Notes: generated by a model from the letters alone, not told the origin. Shown: positions 46,621 to 55,393, counted from the stretch's first letter. The stretch: DNA of 64,000 nt from Nitrosotalea sp. (GCA_020725315.1 DYFG01000001.1:17015-81014); one strand, 5' to 3'. Numbers and translations: made by a program.

Positions 46621-46868
46621 ATGTGGGATAACTTTGGCAAATGTGGGATAATGTGGGATTCCCCTAACAAAGACAAATAATGAGTCACTTACAGACTCTT
46701 TTACTTTAGATCATACACAGACTCTAAATACAGACTCTATAATAATAAATACTAGAATCTTTATATTATAAGTATTTATAAAGAGTCTTTTAGAGTCTTT
46801 AAGATTCAAAATTTTAGGGTTTTTCAAAATCCCACTTTCCCACTTCAGTATACCAAACTATCCCACAT
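46621..46868. promoter_or_regulatory. operator and repeat array in the divergent promoter region
   Basis: ATGTGGGATA occurs three times direct at 46621-46660 and once inverted at 46859-46868 (TATCCCACAT). AGACTCT occurs at 46693, 46719 and 46733, and inverted as AGAGTCT at 46783 and 46793. Confidence 0.5.
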
Positions 46869-46880
46869 TTTACAAGACTC

Positions 46881-46909
46881 TTGACAAAAATTTACGTTTG
46901 TGTTATTCT
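46881..46909 (+). promoter_or_regulatory. rightward promoter, TTGACA-17 nt-TATTCT, preceded by AGACTC
   Basis: TTGACA at 46881-46886, 17-nt spacer, TATTCT at 46904-46909. GAGGAG RBS and ATG at 46931 follow. Confidence 0.45.
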
Positions 46910-46930
46910 GTATCTGAGGAGAAAAAAAAA

Positions 46931-47386
46931 ATGAAACGACACTGGATGTATTTTAAGTATGTTCTGAAACATAAGTGGTTTGTGTTTTTGGCAGGCAGGA
47001 AACTGAACGTTCCTTTGTGGTGCTTGTTGTTACATGATTGGGATAAGTTTACTCCTGGTATGTGGATACCTTATGCCAGAACTTTTCGCAAACCCAATGG
47101 AGAAGGACAATACGAACCTTCAGAGGAGTTTTATGCTGCGTGGAATGGGCATGAAAAGCGGAACAAACATCATTGGCAGTATTGGGTTTTGCTAAAAGAT
47201 TCAGGGGAACTAGTGCCTCTTCCTATACCTGATAAGCACAGACGAGAGATGCTTGCTGATTGGATTGGGGCAGGCATGGCACTTGGAAAACCAGACACAA
47301 AACAGTGGTATCTTGATAATCACAGCAAAATGCACATTCACAAAGATACTAGGATGTGGATAGAAAAGCAACTTTCAATTATTTGA
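46931..47386 (+). CDS. hypothetical protein (His/Trp-rich, LLLHDWDKF motif)
   Basis: Start taken at the ATG after GAGGAG-A9. 151 aa. Function unknown. Confidence 0.4.
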   Translation: MKRHWMYFKYVLKHKWFVFLAGRKLNVPLWCLLLHDWDKFTPGMWIPYARTFRKPNGEGQYEPSEEFYAAWNGHEKRNKHHWQYWVLLKDSGELVPLPIPDKHRREMLADWIGAGMALGKPDTKQWYLDNHSKMHIHKDTRMWIEKQLSII

Positions 47387-47459
47387 GTAGATTATTATAA
47401 GGCATTGTACAATGGAGAAATACCACAGCCAACTATGACAAAAAGACTACTATAAACTT

Positions 47460-47840
47460 ATGGCAGAAGCGAATGGTTGGCCTATAGAGGAGGAAAAGAT
47501 GGAAGAAGAACGTCTTACTTCTAAAGAAATTATCGATCTATCTAAATTGGTAGGCAAGGAACTAGGAAGCCGTTTTTCTGGTACTCTAGAGTATGTTTTT
47601 CAGAACGATAAAATCAATATACGGGCAAGTGGTGGACTAGGGCCTTTTAGTCGCGTCCACATTGAATACTTGTATCGGGGAGAGTGGACTCCTGTATTTG
47701 ATTATGAAGGACCGCTTATGCAGGTTACACGCTTTCGTTATGGTAAATGGGTAGATATTCTTGAAGAGTTAGGCGACAAAGCAGAACGCCGCATTGAGGA
47801 ACGCGAGAACGAGTTCTTTGGAGATTTGGATGAAGACTAA
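47460..47840 (+). CDS. hypothetical protein
   Basis: 126-aa ORF. Confidence 0.35.
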   Translation: MAEANGWPIEEEKMEEERLTSKEIIDLSKLVGKELGSRFSGTLEYVFQNDKINIRASGGLGPFSRVHIEYLYRGEWTPVFDYEGPLMQVTRFRYGKWVDILEELGDKAERRIEERENEFFGDLDED

Positions 47841-47964
47841 TTATGAGAATAAAAATTTTTTTAATTAAATTGTTATGGAAAATTTCTTGTTCGATTGAAA
47901 AGAAATGCTGGCATTGGGTTGTGGATCATGGGCTGGTATTAGAGTTGTTGGGTAAGGAGAAGGA

Positions 47965-48195
47965 ATGAGCGATAAAACTGTTGCAGTATCAGACGTTTTC
48001 AATCCCGATGCGATTCTATTTGCAGCAGAAAAGGGAAGCTCAGATTGCCAACGGCTTGATGAGAATTGCGAATATCTTGGAACTTTTGATGGGTGTCGTT
48101 ATTATAAAAACTCGCCAGCCAAAAGTAAGATTCCTGATCGATGGGAAATCTTTTCTAAGTGGAAAGAGAGTATTTTAAAGAACAAAGATGGCTAA
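47965..48195 (+). CDS. hypothetical protein
   Basis: 76-aa ORF. Confidence 0.25.
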   Translation: MSDKTVAVSDVFNPDAILFAAEKGSSDCQRLDENCEYLGTFDGCRYYKNSPAKSKIPDRWEIFSKWKESILKNKDG

Positions 48196-48409
48196 TCAAG
48201 CAGGAGAACGAAGTTCTAGTACTTGGGTGTTTGTTTGTAGTGCGCCAGATGCTTATGCCGCGTTGTGGGAATTTATGGATGATAAAATTAAACGAGAACT
48301 AATCTCAAACGGCCCTATTCCCTGTGAAGGAACCTTGAAAACAGGACCGCATTGTATGGATTGCAGGTTTGGTACGGGAGAGTTGATCGATGAAGACTTT
48401 TTTGATTAG
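48188..48409 (+). CDS. hypothetical Cys-containing protein
   Basis: 73-aa ORF. Confidence 0.25.
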   Translation: MANQAGERSSSTWVFVCSAPDAYAALWEFMDDKIKRELISNGPIPCEGTLKTGPHCMDCRFGTGELIDEDFFD

Positions 48410-48512
48410 CTGGATTAAAAAGCGGATTCCTCTGTGGTTAGCCCTTTGGGGATATGAAAAAGTAAATCAAGAGGGATACTGGTACATCAAAGAGCAACAG
48501 CTAAGGAAACAG

Positions 48513-48866
48513 CTATAACCAGCATTTAGGTAGAAATATGAGTAAGGGCTTTCCGGCTTTGGCTGAGAGGCAGATCGTATGGTAGGTTCCTTTGGACTCA
48601 CCGTCCCAAAAGGCCACTATACGATCTGCCTCATTCACTATGTCATTATTCCGTCTCATTCCTGCTGAACGCCCATACTTCTTCCAATCAGCAGGGAAAA
48701 TCTTAGTTTCTAGTCCTCGCATCTTTGCTAGTTGTTCTGCCGCCCGATCTACCCCTATAGCTCCGCCGCTGATAACTACGGTTTCTTCATCCAAAGTGTC
48801 AATGAAGTTTTTAATTTTTAGTAAGTCTTTCCAATTTCTTGACCCTACTATTGCAATTTTATCCAT
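48513..48866 (-). CDS. SLOG-superfamily protein (DUF2493/DprA-like Rossmann)
   Basis: IAIVGSRNW ... VVISGGAIGVDRAAEQLA ... RIVAFWDGESKGT. Confidence 0.45.
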   Translation of the reverse strand: MDKIAIVGSRNWKDLLKIKNFIDTLDEETVVISGGAIGVDRAAEQLAKMRGLETKIFPADWKKYGRSAGMRRNNDIVNEADRIVAFWDGESKGTYHTICLSAKAGKPLLIFLPKCWL

Positions 48867-49077
48867 TGTCGATCAAACTAATGAGATAATAAGTAGAGGA
48901 CGCTATCACAATAATCATTCCTAATACAGCTAGAAGATACGGAAAGAACACAATAGAGGCTGCTATTACAACAGGCACAACTACAAACCACGTAGATATT
49001 GCCCCTAGCAGCTTAACCTTATCAAACTCCCACGCATCAGCAATCCAATCTAAAAGCCGTTCTATTTTATCTAGCAT
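48859..49077 (-). CDS. small membrane protein
   Basis: 72 aa with two hydrophobic helices. Confidence 0.25.
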   Translation of the reverse strand: MLDKIERLLDWIADAWEFDKVKLLGAISTWFVVVPVVIAASIVFFPYLLAVLGMIIVIASSTYYLISLIDNG

Positions 49078-49123
49078 GTTAAATGTACTCCGTCTCTAAC
49101 ATATACCAGAACGCCACCAATCG

Positions 49124-49516
49124 TCACTCGATTTTCGCGTCAATGCCCCAGGCCTGCGCAATTTGCAGCAAGATTTCTGCTGCTGTGTCCCTGTGGCAGA
49201 ACTTGCCCCGGCTGCAATAGCACGCCAGCGTCACGACGCCTTTGCCTTGCAGCCAATTACGTAACTCAGGCGCGTACTGCTTCCAGCGCGCCCGCAATAA
49301 TTGTTTGTATGCTGCGACGTACTGTTCGTCGTCAATCGCCGCGTACTTCAGCGTCCACGACGGCGGTTGCTCGCCAGCCCTCTCCGCCGCCCAGCGCTTG
49401 TGCCCCCCGACGATTTCCCAGCTGGGCGCAAAGAAGCGCCCAATGCCTGTGCTCGATTTTACGGTCGTGTCAATTACTTCGGGTTCGCCAATTCTCCCTG
49501 TGCGTATAATTAGCAT
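49124..49516 (-). CDS. DUF488-like protein (GC-rich patch)
   Basis: C-terminal VTLACYCSRGKFCHRDTAAEILLQIA resembles the DUF488 consensus (valmCaE....CHR.lia..L). GC is about 58% by eye. Confidence 0.35.
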   Translation of the reverse strand: MLIIRTGRIGEPEVIDTTVKSSTGIGRFFAPSWEIVGGHKRWAAERAGEQPPSWTLKYAAIDDEQYVAAYKQLLRARWKQYAPELRNWLQGKGVVTLACYCSRGKFCHRDTAAEILLQIAQAWGIDAKIE

Positions 49517-49988
49517 GCGCCTGCTCCTTTCGTAACCCGCGATGACACCGAGCGCGTTGCGGTGTAAAAAGAGAGTAGAAAAGCAAGCACTAGATTACGC
49601 ATATCAATAAGGAATTGTAGTCCTACATAAACCAAAGTAATAGCCATATATCCCCCATAAATAAGAAGAAATCAGAAACTATTCGAAAGATTAATCAGCA
49701 TATCCCAACTTAATTAACAAAAAAGCAAGGGCATATATAATCCCAAAAGCAGTCAAAAGCTCTAGCATAATGAGAGGAAAGCAAATAAACAAAACAATAA
49801 GACACAGAATACCGCCCACAAAGCAAGATACAAGAAGGGCCGAAAGAAAGTCGTTGTCTAACATCACACTCTCCTTTCTTACAAGTATACATTACAAGAG
49901 AAATAAAGTCAATAGACGATACAAGAGGGCCTACTAAGAAAAAGATAAGGGGTACATAAAAGAAAAGAGAGGAACGATATGGGTGGAT

Positions 49989-50018
49989 TAGTTAAGTTTA
50001 AGAGAAAAAAAAATAATT
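49989..50018. repeat. direct repeat copy A (TTAGTTAAGTTTAAGAGAAAAA..TAATTT) downstream of the 218-aa gene
   Basis: Near-identical to copy B at 50766-50794. Confidence 0.5.
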
Positions 50019-50674
50019 TAATGTACTTTACGTAATTTAACATATTTATGTTTGTAAAATTTTCCTACGGGGGTGAATCCTAAATCAAGCATGTTTTGAT
50101 GTGTGAGATTTACCTTACCCCGTTTACGGGTTTGGGAGATTCCATTTTTAGTATAAATCCATGTGGGTGTGGTTTTTCCTACGTAAGTCCAGCCTGAGCT
50201 TTTATAAACTTCTCCGGTATGTCCTTGCCATGTGTCCGCATACGTAACAAGACATTTCCACCTTGTATCTAACATTTTTATAGATTTACTCAGCATAAAG
50301 GACGCAGAGTTTTTAGGGGCAGAAGGAATCAAAACCATTCGTGAAAGAGAGAGAACACGATTAGGTTCTTCATAAGTAGCCTCTGCCGCACGCCGAGTAG
50401 GGGGCAACCACCAAGTTACTCCAAACAAAACATCAAACTCTTTATGAAACAATCCAAAACAAGCAACACACAGTTTACTAACACTTCTGGTATAGTGATG
50501 TTGAACTATAAGAGTTCTTCCTAATGAGGGATCAATAGGACGTACTTCCCAGGACTCTTTATGTAAGGGGCCTACAGGCAACATATTTTTCTCCTTTAAA
50601 ATTTCCAAGTAAATTTCTGAATATTTGGACTTTCTAGGTTCTGGTATATCTTCCTTGTTAATAATGGTAATCAT
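50018..50674 (-). CDS. hypothetical protein (QHHYTRS ... TYADTWQGHTGEVYKSSGW)
   Basis: 218-aa ORF flanked by about 30-bp direct repeats. Function unknown. Confidence 0.4.
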   Translation of the reverse strand: MITIINKEDIPEPRKSKYSEIYLEILKEKNMLPVGPLHKESWEVRPIDPSLGRTLIVQHHYTRSVSKLCVACFGLFHKEFDVLFGVTWWLPPTRRAAEATYEEPNRVLSLSRMVLIPSAPKNSASFMLSKSIKMLDTRWKCLVTYADTWQGHTGEVYKSSGWTYVGKTTPTWIYTKNGISQTRKRGKVNLTHQNMLDLGFTPVGKFYKHKYVKLRKVH

Positions 50675-50765
50675 TGTTTTTTTTTTCTACAGAAACGATA
50701 TTTATCAATATAGCACAGTACAATAAGAATGTCAATAATCAGGCGGTTTAAGTATGACTGAGGGT

Positions 50766-50794
50766 TAGTTAAGTTTAAGAGAAAAATAATTTCA
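50766..50794. repeat. direct repeat copy B (TTAGTTAAGTTTAAGAGAAAAATAATTT) upstream of the 218-aa gene
   Basis: Pairs with copy A at 49989-50018. Confidence 0.5.
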
Positions 50795-51017
50795 AAAAAA
50801 TTTTTTGTATAAAAATTGTCCAGCGCGCACATCACCGCCGCGAAACCGAACGCGGCTGGCGGGTTCGTTAGCTATTAGCACTAAGACTACAGTTACCATA
50901 ATATGCCGTGTTCAGTTTAGAGTTAACTAAGAGTACAGACACCGTTATACTACCTCTTAAAAACCTATCCACACGTTCCCTAGAATCATAATTTTAGGAA
51001 GTGCTAACCGGGAGATG

Positions 51018-51270
51018 GAATTTAGGAACACCTAAAATAAAAATTAGGCAGACCAAAATAAAAATTAGGCAGACCTAAAATAAAACTTAGGATAATCTTA
51101 TAACTAATTTTGGTCTGATCCAATCAGAAGCTTTCGGCGCGCCGAATTGTCGCAAGTCTGTTTAATGCTCTATTTTCTTATTTTCTGCCATATTCCCTAA
51201 CTTGATTTTTAGGTTTGCCTAATCCTCTTATTGGCTATTCCCTCATTTGATTCTTAGGTTTGCCTAATCT
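51018..51270. repeat. iteron-like array around a palindrome. About three direct copies of AAAATAAAAATTAGGCAGACC at 51033-51097; a 14-bp perfect palindrome TTCGGCGCGCCGAA at 51133-51146; two inverted copies TTTTTAGGTTTGCCTAAT at 51205-51268
   Basis: Seen directly. The arrangement looks like a replication origin, partition site or multi-operator region. Confidence 0.55.
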
Positions 51271-51510
51271 TTAATACCTTATTATATTGCCAGTCTTTGG
51301 ATAGTTCACATGTGAACAGTATACATATACTCTATATCTCTATAAGGTTTAATTGGTTTAGATATAAACGATCTTATCGCGCTTTGGCGTTACAATCTGG
51401 CTATTATCACGAGTCTTTATTTTCGAGAATAGGTTACGCTTTAACGCGGATAAAATCCTATTATCGATCCTGTGTTTTAACATTCGCAATTTTTGGGAAT
51501 GGAGCAAATT

Positions 51511-51587
51511 AGAATGTTAAAAAAGTTTGAATCTGCTAACCTTTGAGGGAAAAACGAATGTTAAAATGGTTTGAATCTGGTTAGAAT
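51511..51587. repeat. two copies of an about 30-nt repeat, GAATGTTAAAA(A/T)GTTTGAATCTG(C/G)TTA, spaced 44 bp
   Basis: AGAATGTTAAAAAAGTTTGAATCTGCTAAC and CGAATGTTAAAATGGTTTGAATCTGGTTAG. Confidence 0.5.
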
Positions 51588-51599
51588 ATCTGTAAGATA

Positions 51600-52560
51600 C
51601 TTGAACACCTAGCTAAATCTGTGATAGGATGTAAGCGCAATTGAGCAAGCGCACATTAAAAATAGCGCCGGCGCGAAAGTCTGGGGCGATGCAGGAAGCG
51701 CCAAGAGATGAGCTTACCCTCAGGCGAGTAGCAATGACGCAATACGCATACGCAACCTTCGGGGGGCTTTCGTCTAGCCAACGAAAGCTGAGCCGTACGG
51801 GGGCTGTAGGAAACTAGTAGACTCGTCCAACCTGAGATCGCACGAGTCTAGAGTAAATCCTAATGGTTGGGGGCCGGGCGGCCCCTCGCTACTAACTGGA
51901 TCCCATTAGCCTTACTCTACTAGCCAAGTGAGCAGATAGCCATATCTGTTATGTCACGCTTGGCTAGCCTAGTTTCCGGCGGCGCAAGCGATTAGAGACC
52001 TCTCTAATACGCACGCGCACCTATAGCACGGCAAACCAAGCGCTGAAAACCTGTTAGGTCGATGAAAGCATACTACACTAGCCAATAGCAGAAGTCTAGA
52101 CAAACAGCCTAGAATCGGCGGGATCGAAAGTAGCCTAATCAATGGCTAGCCTAGCCGATAGTGCATACTGGTGAAAGCGATGACAATGCTAGCTAGTGCA
52201 AGTGCCTAAACGCTGACAGTGATTAATCTAAGTGCGATGCTAAGCCTGGCTATAGTTGTTTTGCTTGTTTTCCCCAACACTCCTCGCAGATAAACCGTAC
52301 CGCACGATATTAGATGATCAATTGCTTAACTCCCGGCGGCTAGGTTATAGGCTATCCTATACCCCAGTCTAAGGGACCAAGTTAGGCATGAGAGACTCTA
52401 TTATCTGGTATAGTCGACTCTGTTAGGTTATGCTAGGCCAAAGCTTAGCTGATCCGCTATAGTGGGATAGCACACTAGGATTAGTTAGGCTAGGCTAGTA
52501 TCTCCCATATCTTATAGTGCCGATAAAATAGGTTATCGGCACTTAGGCTATAGGAGACCA
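51600..52560. other. ORF-free, hairpin-dense, CTAG-rich noncoding region (candidate large structured ncRNA or cis-acting DNA element)
   Basis: No ORF of 60 aa or more in any frame across 51513-52547. 19 CTAG tetramers counted in 51601-52500. Many perfect short hairpins, for example GTGCCGATAA-AATAGG-TTATCGGCAC near 52517-52544 and CTAGACTCGT..ACGAGTCTAG near 51817-51850. Confidence 0.3.
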
Positions 52561-52584
52561 TAACCATACAAAGGAGAAAGGGCG

Positions 52585-52824
52585 ATGAAGCTACAGAAGG
52601 TACAGAAGCTACTGACGGGCGAGTACCGGGAATTGTACGGGGGGCATGGTGTGTGGTGGGTATCCGTGAGGTGGGAAGAGGGGCGGCTCATCAGTGAGTG
52701 GTGGGCAGACGGATTACCGGCGGTGAGCAGACCGGTGACTAAGGCTGAGGGCGCGGATGATGTGGAGAGGATAATTCGGTCGGTGTGCGCAGACTTCCGC
52801 AAGGTGCGGGGTCTGGCTTGGTAG
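52585..52824 (+). CDS. hypothetical Trp-rich protein (GC-rich)
   Basis: 79 aa, RBS AAGGAGAAAGGG, GC about 58%. Confidence 0.35.
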   Translation: MKLQKVQKLLTGEYRELYGGHGVWWVSVRWEEGRLISEWWADGLPAVSRPVTKAEGADDVERIIRSVCADFRKVRGLAW

Positions 52825-52849
52825 ATAGATTAGCATACAGGAGATCAAA

Positions 52850-53107
52850 ATGGCACACTATTTGGTCGGTACGAATACCCGCGGGTATTTGCCCGTGGGC
52901 GATCCCATCGAATGCGAGACATTGATCGAAGCTAAGCAAGCAGCACGACAGGAAGCCCTTTACTTGGCTGAAGAGACCAATAATAAGATCGAAGTTTGGT
53001 CATCTCTCAACAGTATCACCAAGCGCGATCTTGTGAACTATGGTGTACCGATTACTTACGCGGTAATCGGAGACATCGAAGTTTGGATCGCCATTGAGTC
53101 GGATTAG
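52850..53107 (+). CDS. hypothetical protein
   Basis: 85-aa ORF followed by a hairpin. Confidence 0.35.
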   Translation: MAHYLVGTNTRGYLPVGDPIECETLIEAKQAARQEALYLAEETNNKIEVWSSLNSITKRDLVNYGVPITYAVIGDIEVWIAIESD

Positions 53108-53115
53108 GGCAGTTA

Positions 53116-53141
53116 AGGCGTACAAGCGATCTTGTACGCCT
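53116..53141 (+). terminator. hairpin AGGCGTACAAG-CGAT-CTTGTACGCCT, putative terminator or attenuator
   Basis: 11-bp perfect stem. The 3' tail is only moderately T-rich. Confidence 0.4.
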
Positions 53142-53185
53142 TATAGTGTTCTAATCCCATAAGGGATCAAATAGGAGACTATGCT

Positions 53186-53515
53186 ATGAAACTCACGAAT
53201 GAAGTAGCGGTATACGTCCCATCTACGCTTGGCGAGTCTAACGCCGATCCGGCGCTGATCTCACGTATCGTTGATCAGGCATTGACCGATCTTAGTGTCG
53301 TCAATGGCGGCGCTACTGTGACTAATGGGATCGGCGCATGGCTATCTCATGACGGTAAGCTCGTAAAGGAGTCTGTGACTATCGTTTCCAGTAATTGCGA
53401 GACGATCACATTACAGACTCTTAGAACACTCGCAAAATTGCGAAAGACTATACGCGAATCGATGAAACAAGAAGCCGTTACTGTAAGGGTTAACGGTGTT
53501 CTCTATATCCGATGA
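53186..53515 (+). CDS. hypothetical protein
   Basis: 109-aa ORF with RBS TAGGAGA. Confidence 0.35.
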   Translation: MKLTNEVAVYVPSTLGESNADPALISRIVDQALTDLSVVNGGATVTNGIGAWLSHDGKLVKESVTIVSSNCETITLQTLRTLAKLRKTIRESMKQEAVTVRVNGVLYIR

Positions 53516-53591
53516 GACTAGCTAGTAGCCATAATGGGAATTATGGCTACAATGGTAGCCTTATCAATCATAGCCAATAGGAGAATCTACA

Positions 53592-54002
53592 ATGTTCCGT
53601 ATGATCGATGGATTAGATGACGTCCCAACGGGGGAGTATGCTTGGCAATATTTTAAGTATACGCCTGAATCGGCACCGATCCAATCGCAATATTGGATCG
53701 ATCCATGGGGGAATGTCTACCCCGTTGATTGGCACTACGCGTCAGCACCAGAATTGATCATTCGGCACTTCGGCAAAGATAAGCTTGACTCACTTCGTGA
53801 TGAAAATGGATACTGGAAAATCAACCCGGTTGATTTTCTTGAAAATAATCGATGGCTCCACGTATCCTATATTGGCGTTTTTGGTGACTACACTCAACGA
53901 GGGTATGAGGCACTAAAAACATTGCACCAAAGGATGTCTGAAGCGAACGGTAGCGGCCGCGTACGGGATACTCTGAGGCATATTGCGGTGTATGTTACGT
54001 AA
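53592..54002 (+). CDS. hypothetical protein
   Basis: 136 aa. The upstream context ATAGGAGAATCTACAATG is identical to that of the next gene. Confidence 0.35.
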   Translation: MFRMIDGLDDVPTGEYAWQYFKYTPESAPIQSQYWIDPWGNVYPVDWHYASAPELIIRHFGKDKLDSLRDENGYWKINPVDFLENNRWLHVSYIGVFGDYTQRGYEALKTLHQRMSEANGSGRVRDTLRHIAVYVT

Positions 54003-54017
54003 GTTAAGGACAGTTTC

Positions 54018-54040
54018 AATGCCCTACACTGTAGGGCATT
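54018..54040 (+). terminator. hairpin AATGCCCTAC-ACT-GTAGGGCATT
   Basis: 10-bp perfect stem directly after the stop of the preceding gene. Confidence 0.4.
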
Positions 54041-54073
54041 GGCTAGTGTCTTTAACCTATAGGAGAATCTACA

Positions 54074-54439
54074 ATGACACGGCATGAAACGGGGGCGTAC
54101 GGGGAACAAATTGTACAGACTCTTACCGCTGGCAGGTTTGGTAAGCTAGGACGTGATTCGGATATTGTCCTGGCTAACGGCACTCAGATCGAAGTTAAGA
54201 CCGCACGTAAAGGTAAAGATGGAAAATATCGGGCGCGATTGTACAAGCCCGGTAGCCAAGATCATCGAAAGTCTGATTTTGTCGTGTTTGTCCTGTTAGA
54301 TGACGGGGTATACTTTTACGTGATCCCTACAGATGACATTAGAGATCGCGTGCAATTGACCATTACGAGCCATCCTAACACCTATAACGGCAAATATGCA
54401 CAATACAGACAGGAGAGTCTGGCATGGTTAGCGCATTGA
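54074..54439 (+). CDS. putative PD-(D/E)xK-fold nuclease-like protein
   Basis: 121 aa. GRDSDIVLANGTQIEVKTARKG fits the D-x(n)-E-x-K signature. Weak. Confidence 0.3.
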   Translation: MTRHETGAYGEQIVQTLTAGRFGKLGRDSDIVLANGTQIEVKTARKGKDGKYRARLYKPGSQDHRKSDFVVFVLLDDGVYFYVIPTDDIRDRVQLTITSHPNTYNGKYAQYRQESLAWLAH

Positions 54440-54735
54440 TCATCAGCGTATCCCTGATCGTGGTGGTGAGTCTATTGCGGCGCATTAGACTCACTAATTA
54501 TACTCTCGAACAATCTGAATCCGAACGACAACGTGCCTTAGTCCGCCTGGAAGAGTATCATCACGATCTCAAATTACTGTCATGTTTGACAGTCGAAGAG
54601 TCTGGTCAAGTGTCGTTTTTGGCACTTGTGCCAGATGATACCGCTACCATAAGGTTCAACGAATACGTGATCGACTACAAATCGCTACTGGAATTTGAAC
54701 GCGGCGATAGTGACTATATCACAGTCTATAACTAA
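54424..54735 (+). CDS. small protein with N-terminal TM helix
   Basis: 103 aa, MVSALIISVSLIVVVSLL. Confidence 0.3.
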   Translation: MVSALIISVSLIVVVSLLRRIRLTNYTLEQSESERQRALVRLEEYHHDLKLLSCLTVEESGQVSFLALVPDDTATIRFNEYVIDYKSLLEFERGDSDYITVYN

Positions 54736-54751
54736 ATTGTAGATCAGTCTC

Positions 54752-54777
54752 ACACACACAAGATCGCTTGTGTGTGT
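54752..54777 (+). terminator. hairpin CACACACAAG-ATCG-CTTGTGTGTG
   Basis: 10-bp perfect stem after the stop at 54735. Confidence 0.4.
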
Positions 54778-54826
54778 TGGCTGGCATACAATTTATAGGA
54801 TATGCCATAGCATAGGAGACAAAATC

Positions 54827-55393
54827 ATGAAGATATTAGAATTTCTTTATCGCTTGGATCGCATTTTCCCTAATGCCTACTTTAGTTTTGCTCCTGGCTG
54901 CAAGGAGCCGGGCTATGATGACAAACCAGTTATCATGGCGGATTGGAATAAAGTCCCAAAACACGTTTTTGACAAGTTAGAATCTCTTGGCTATGCCTGC
55001 GAATGGTTGGATGAATGGGCTACATGTGCTGAATGCAATAAAGCCGTTCGAACGAGTCCTAATTCGTATGACTGGACTTCAGCGTATGTTATCCAAGACG
55101 GTGATCTCTTGTGTCTAGATTGTGTCGATGCACAGGCGTACTACGAATCCATCGAAAATCGTTCTGATGTTGCTGCTAGTAATGAATTCGCCCACCATTA
55201 CAAGCCGGAAGATTACGGCTATGTTAAAGTGAATGAAGATCATTACATTAATGGCCTTCACGGTATCGTAGATGATCCAAAGCAGATTCTAGGTGATCTT
55301 TTGAGCGACGATCCTGAAGGACGATTCGTTTTTACACTGGACTATACGTCACAATTCGAAGTCGGGTTCAGTGTATACCGCAAAGTCGTTTAA
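54827..55393 (+). CDS. hypothetical Cys-rich protein
   Basis: Start at the ATG after ATAGGAGAC. CEWLDEWATCAECNK ... LCLDCVD. Confidence 0.35.
   Translation: MKILEFLYRLDRIFPNAYFSFAPGCKEPGYDDKPVIMADWNKVPKHVFDKLESLGYACEWLDEWATCAECNKAVRTSPNSYDWTSAYVIQDGDLLCLDCVDAQAYYESIENRSDVAASNEFAHHYKPEDYGYVKVNEDHYINGLHGIVDDPKQILGDLLSDDPEGRFVFTLDYTSQFEVGFSVYRKVV

Noticed and set aside
51670-51700. GAAAGTCTGGGGC resembling the conserved GAAAGUCCGGGC of bacterial RNase P RNA.
   Set aside because: Only a 12-nt partial match. No P4 or other RNase P conserved elements found nearby by eye, so it is probably coincidence. The region is still flagged as candidate structured RNA on other grounds.
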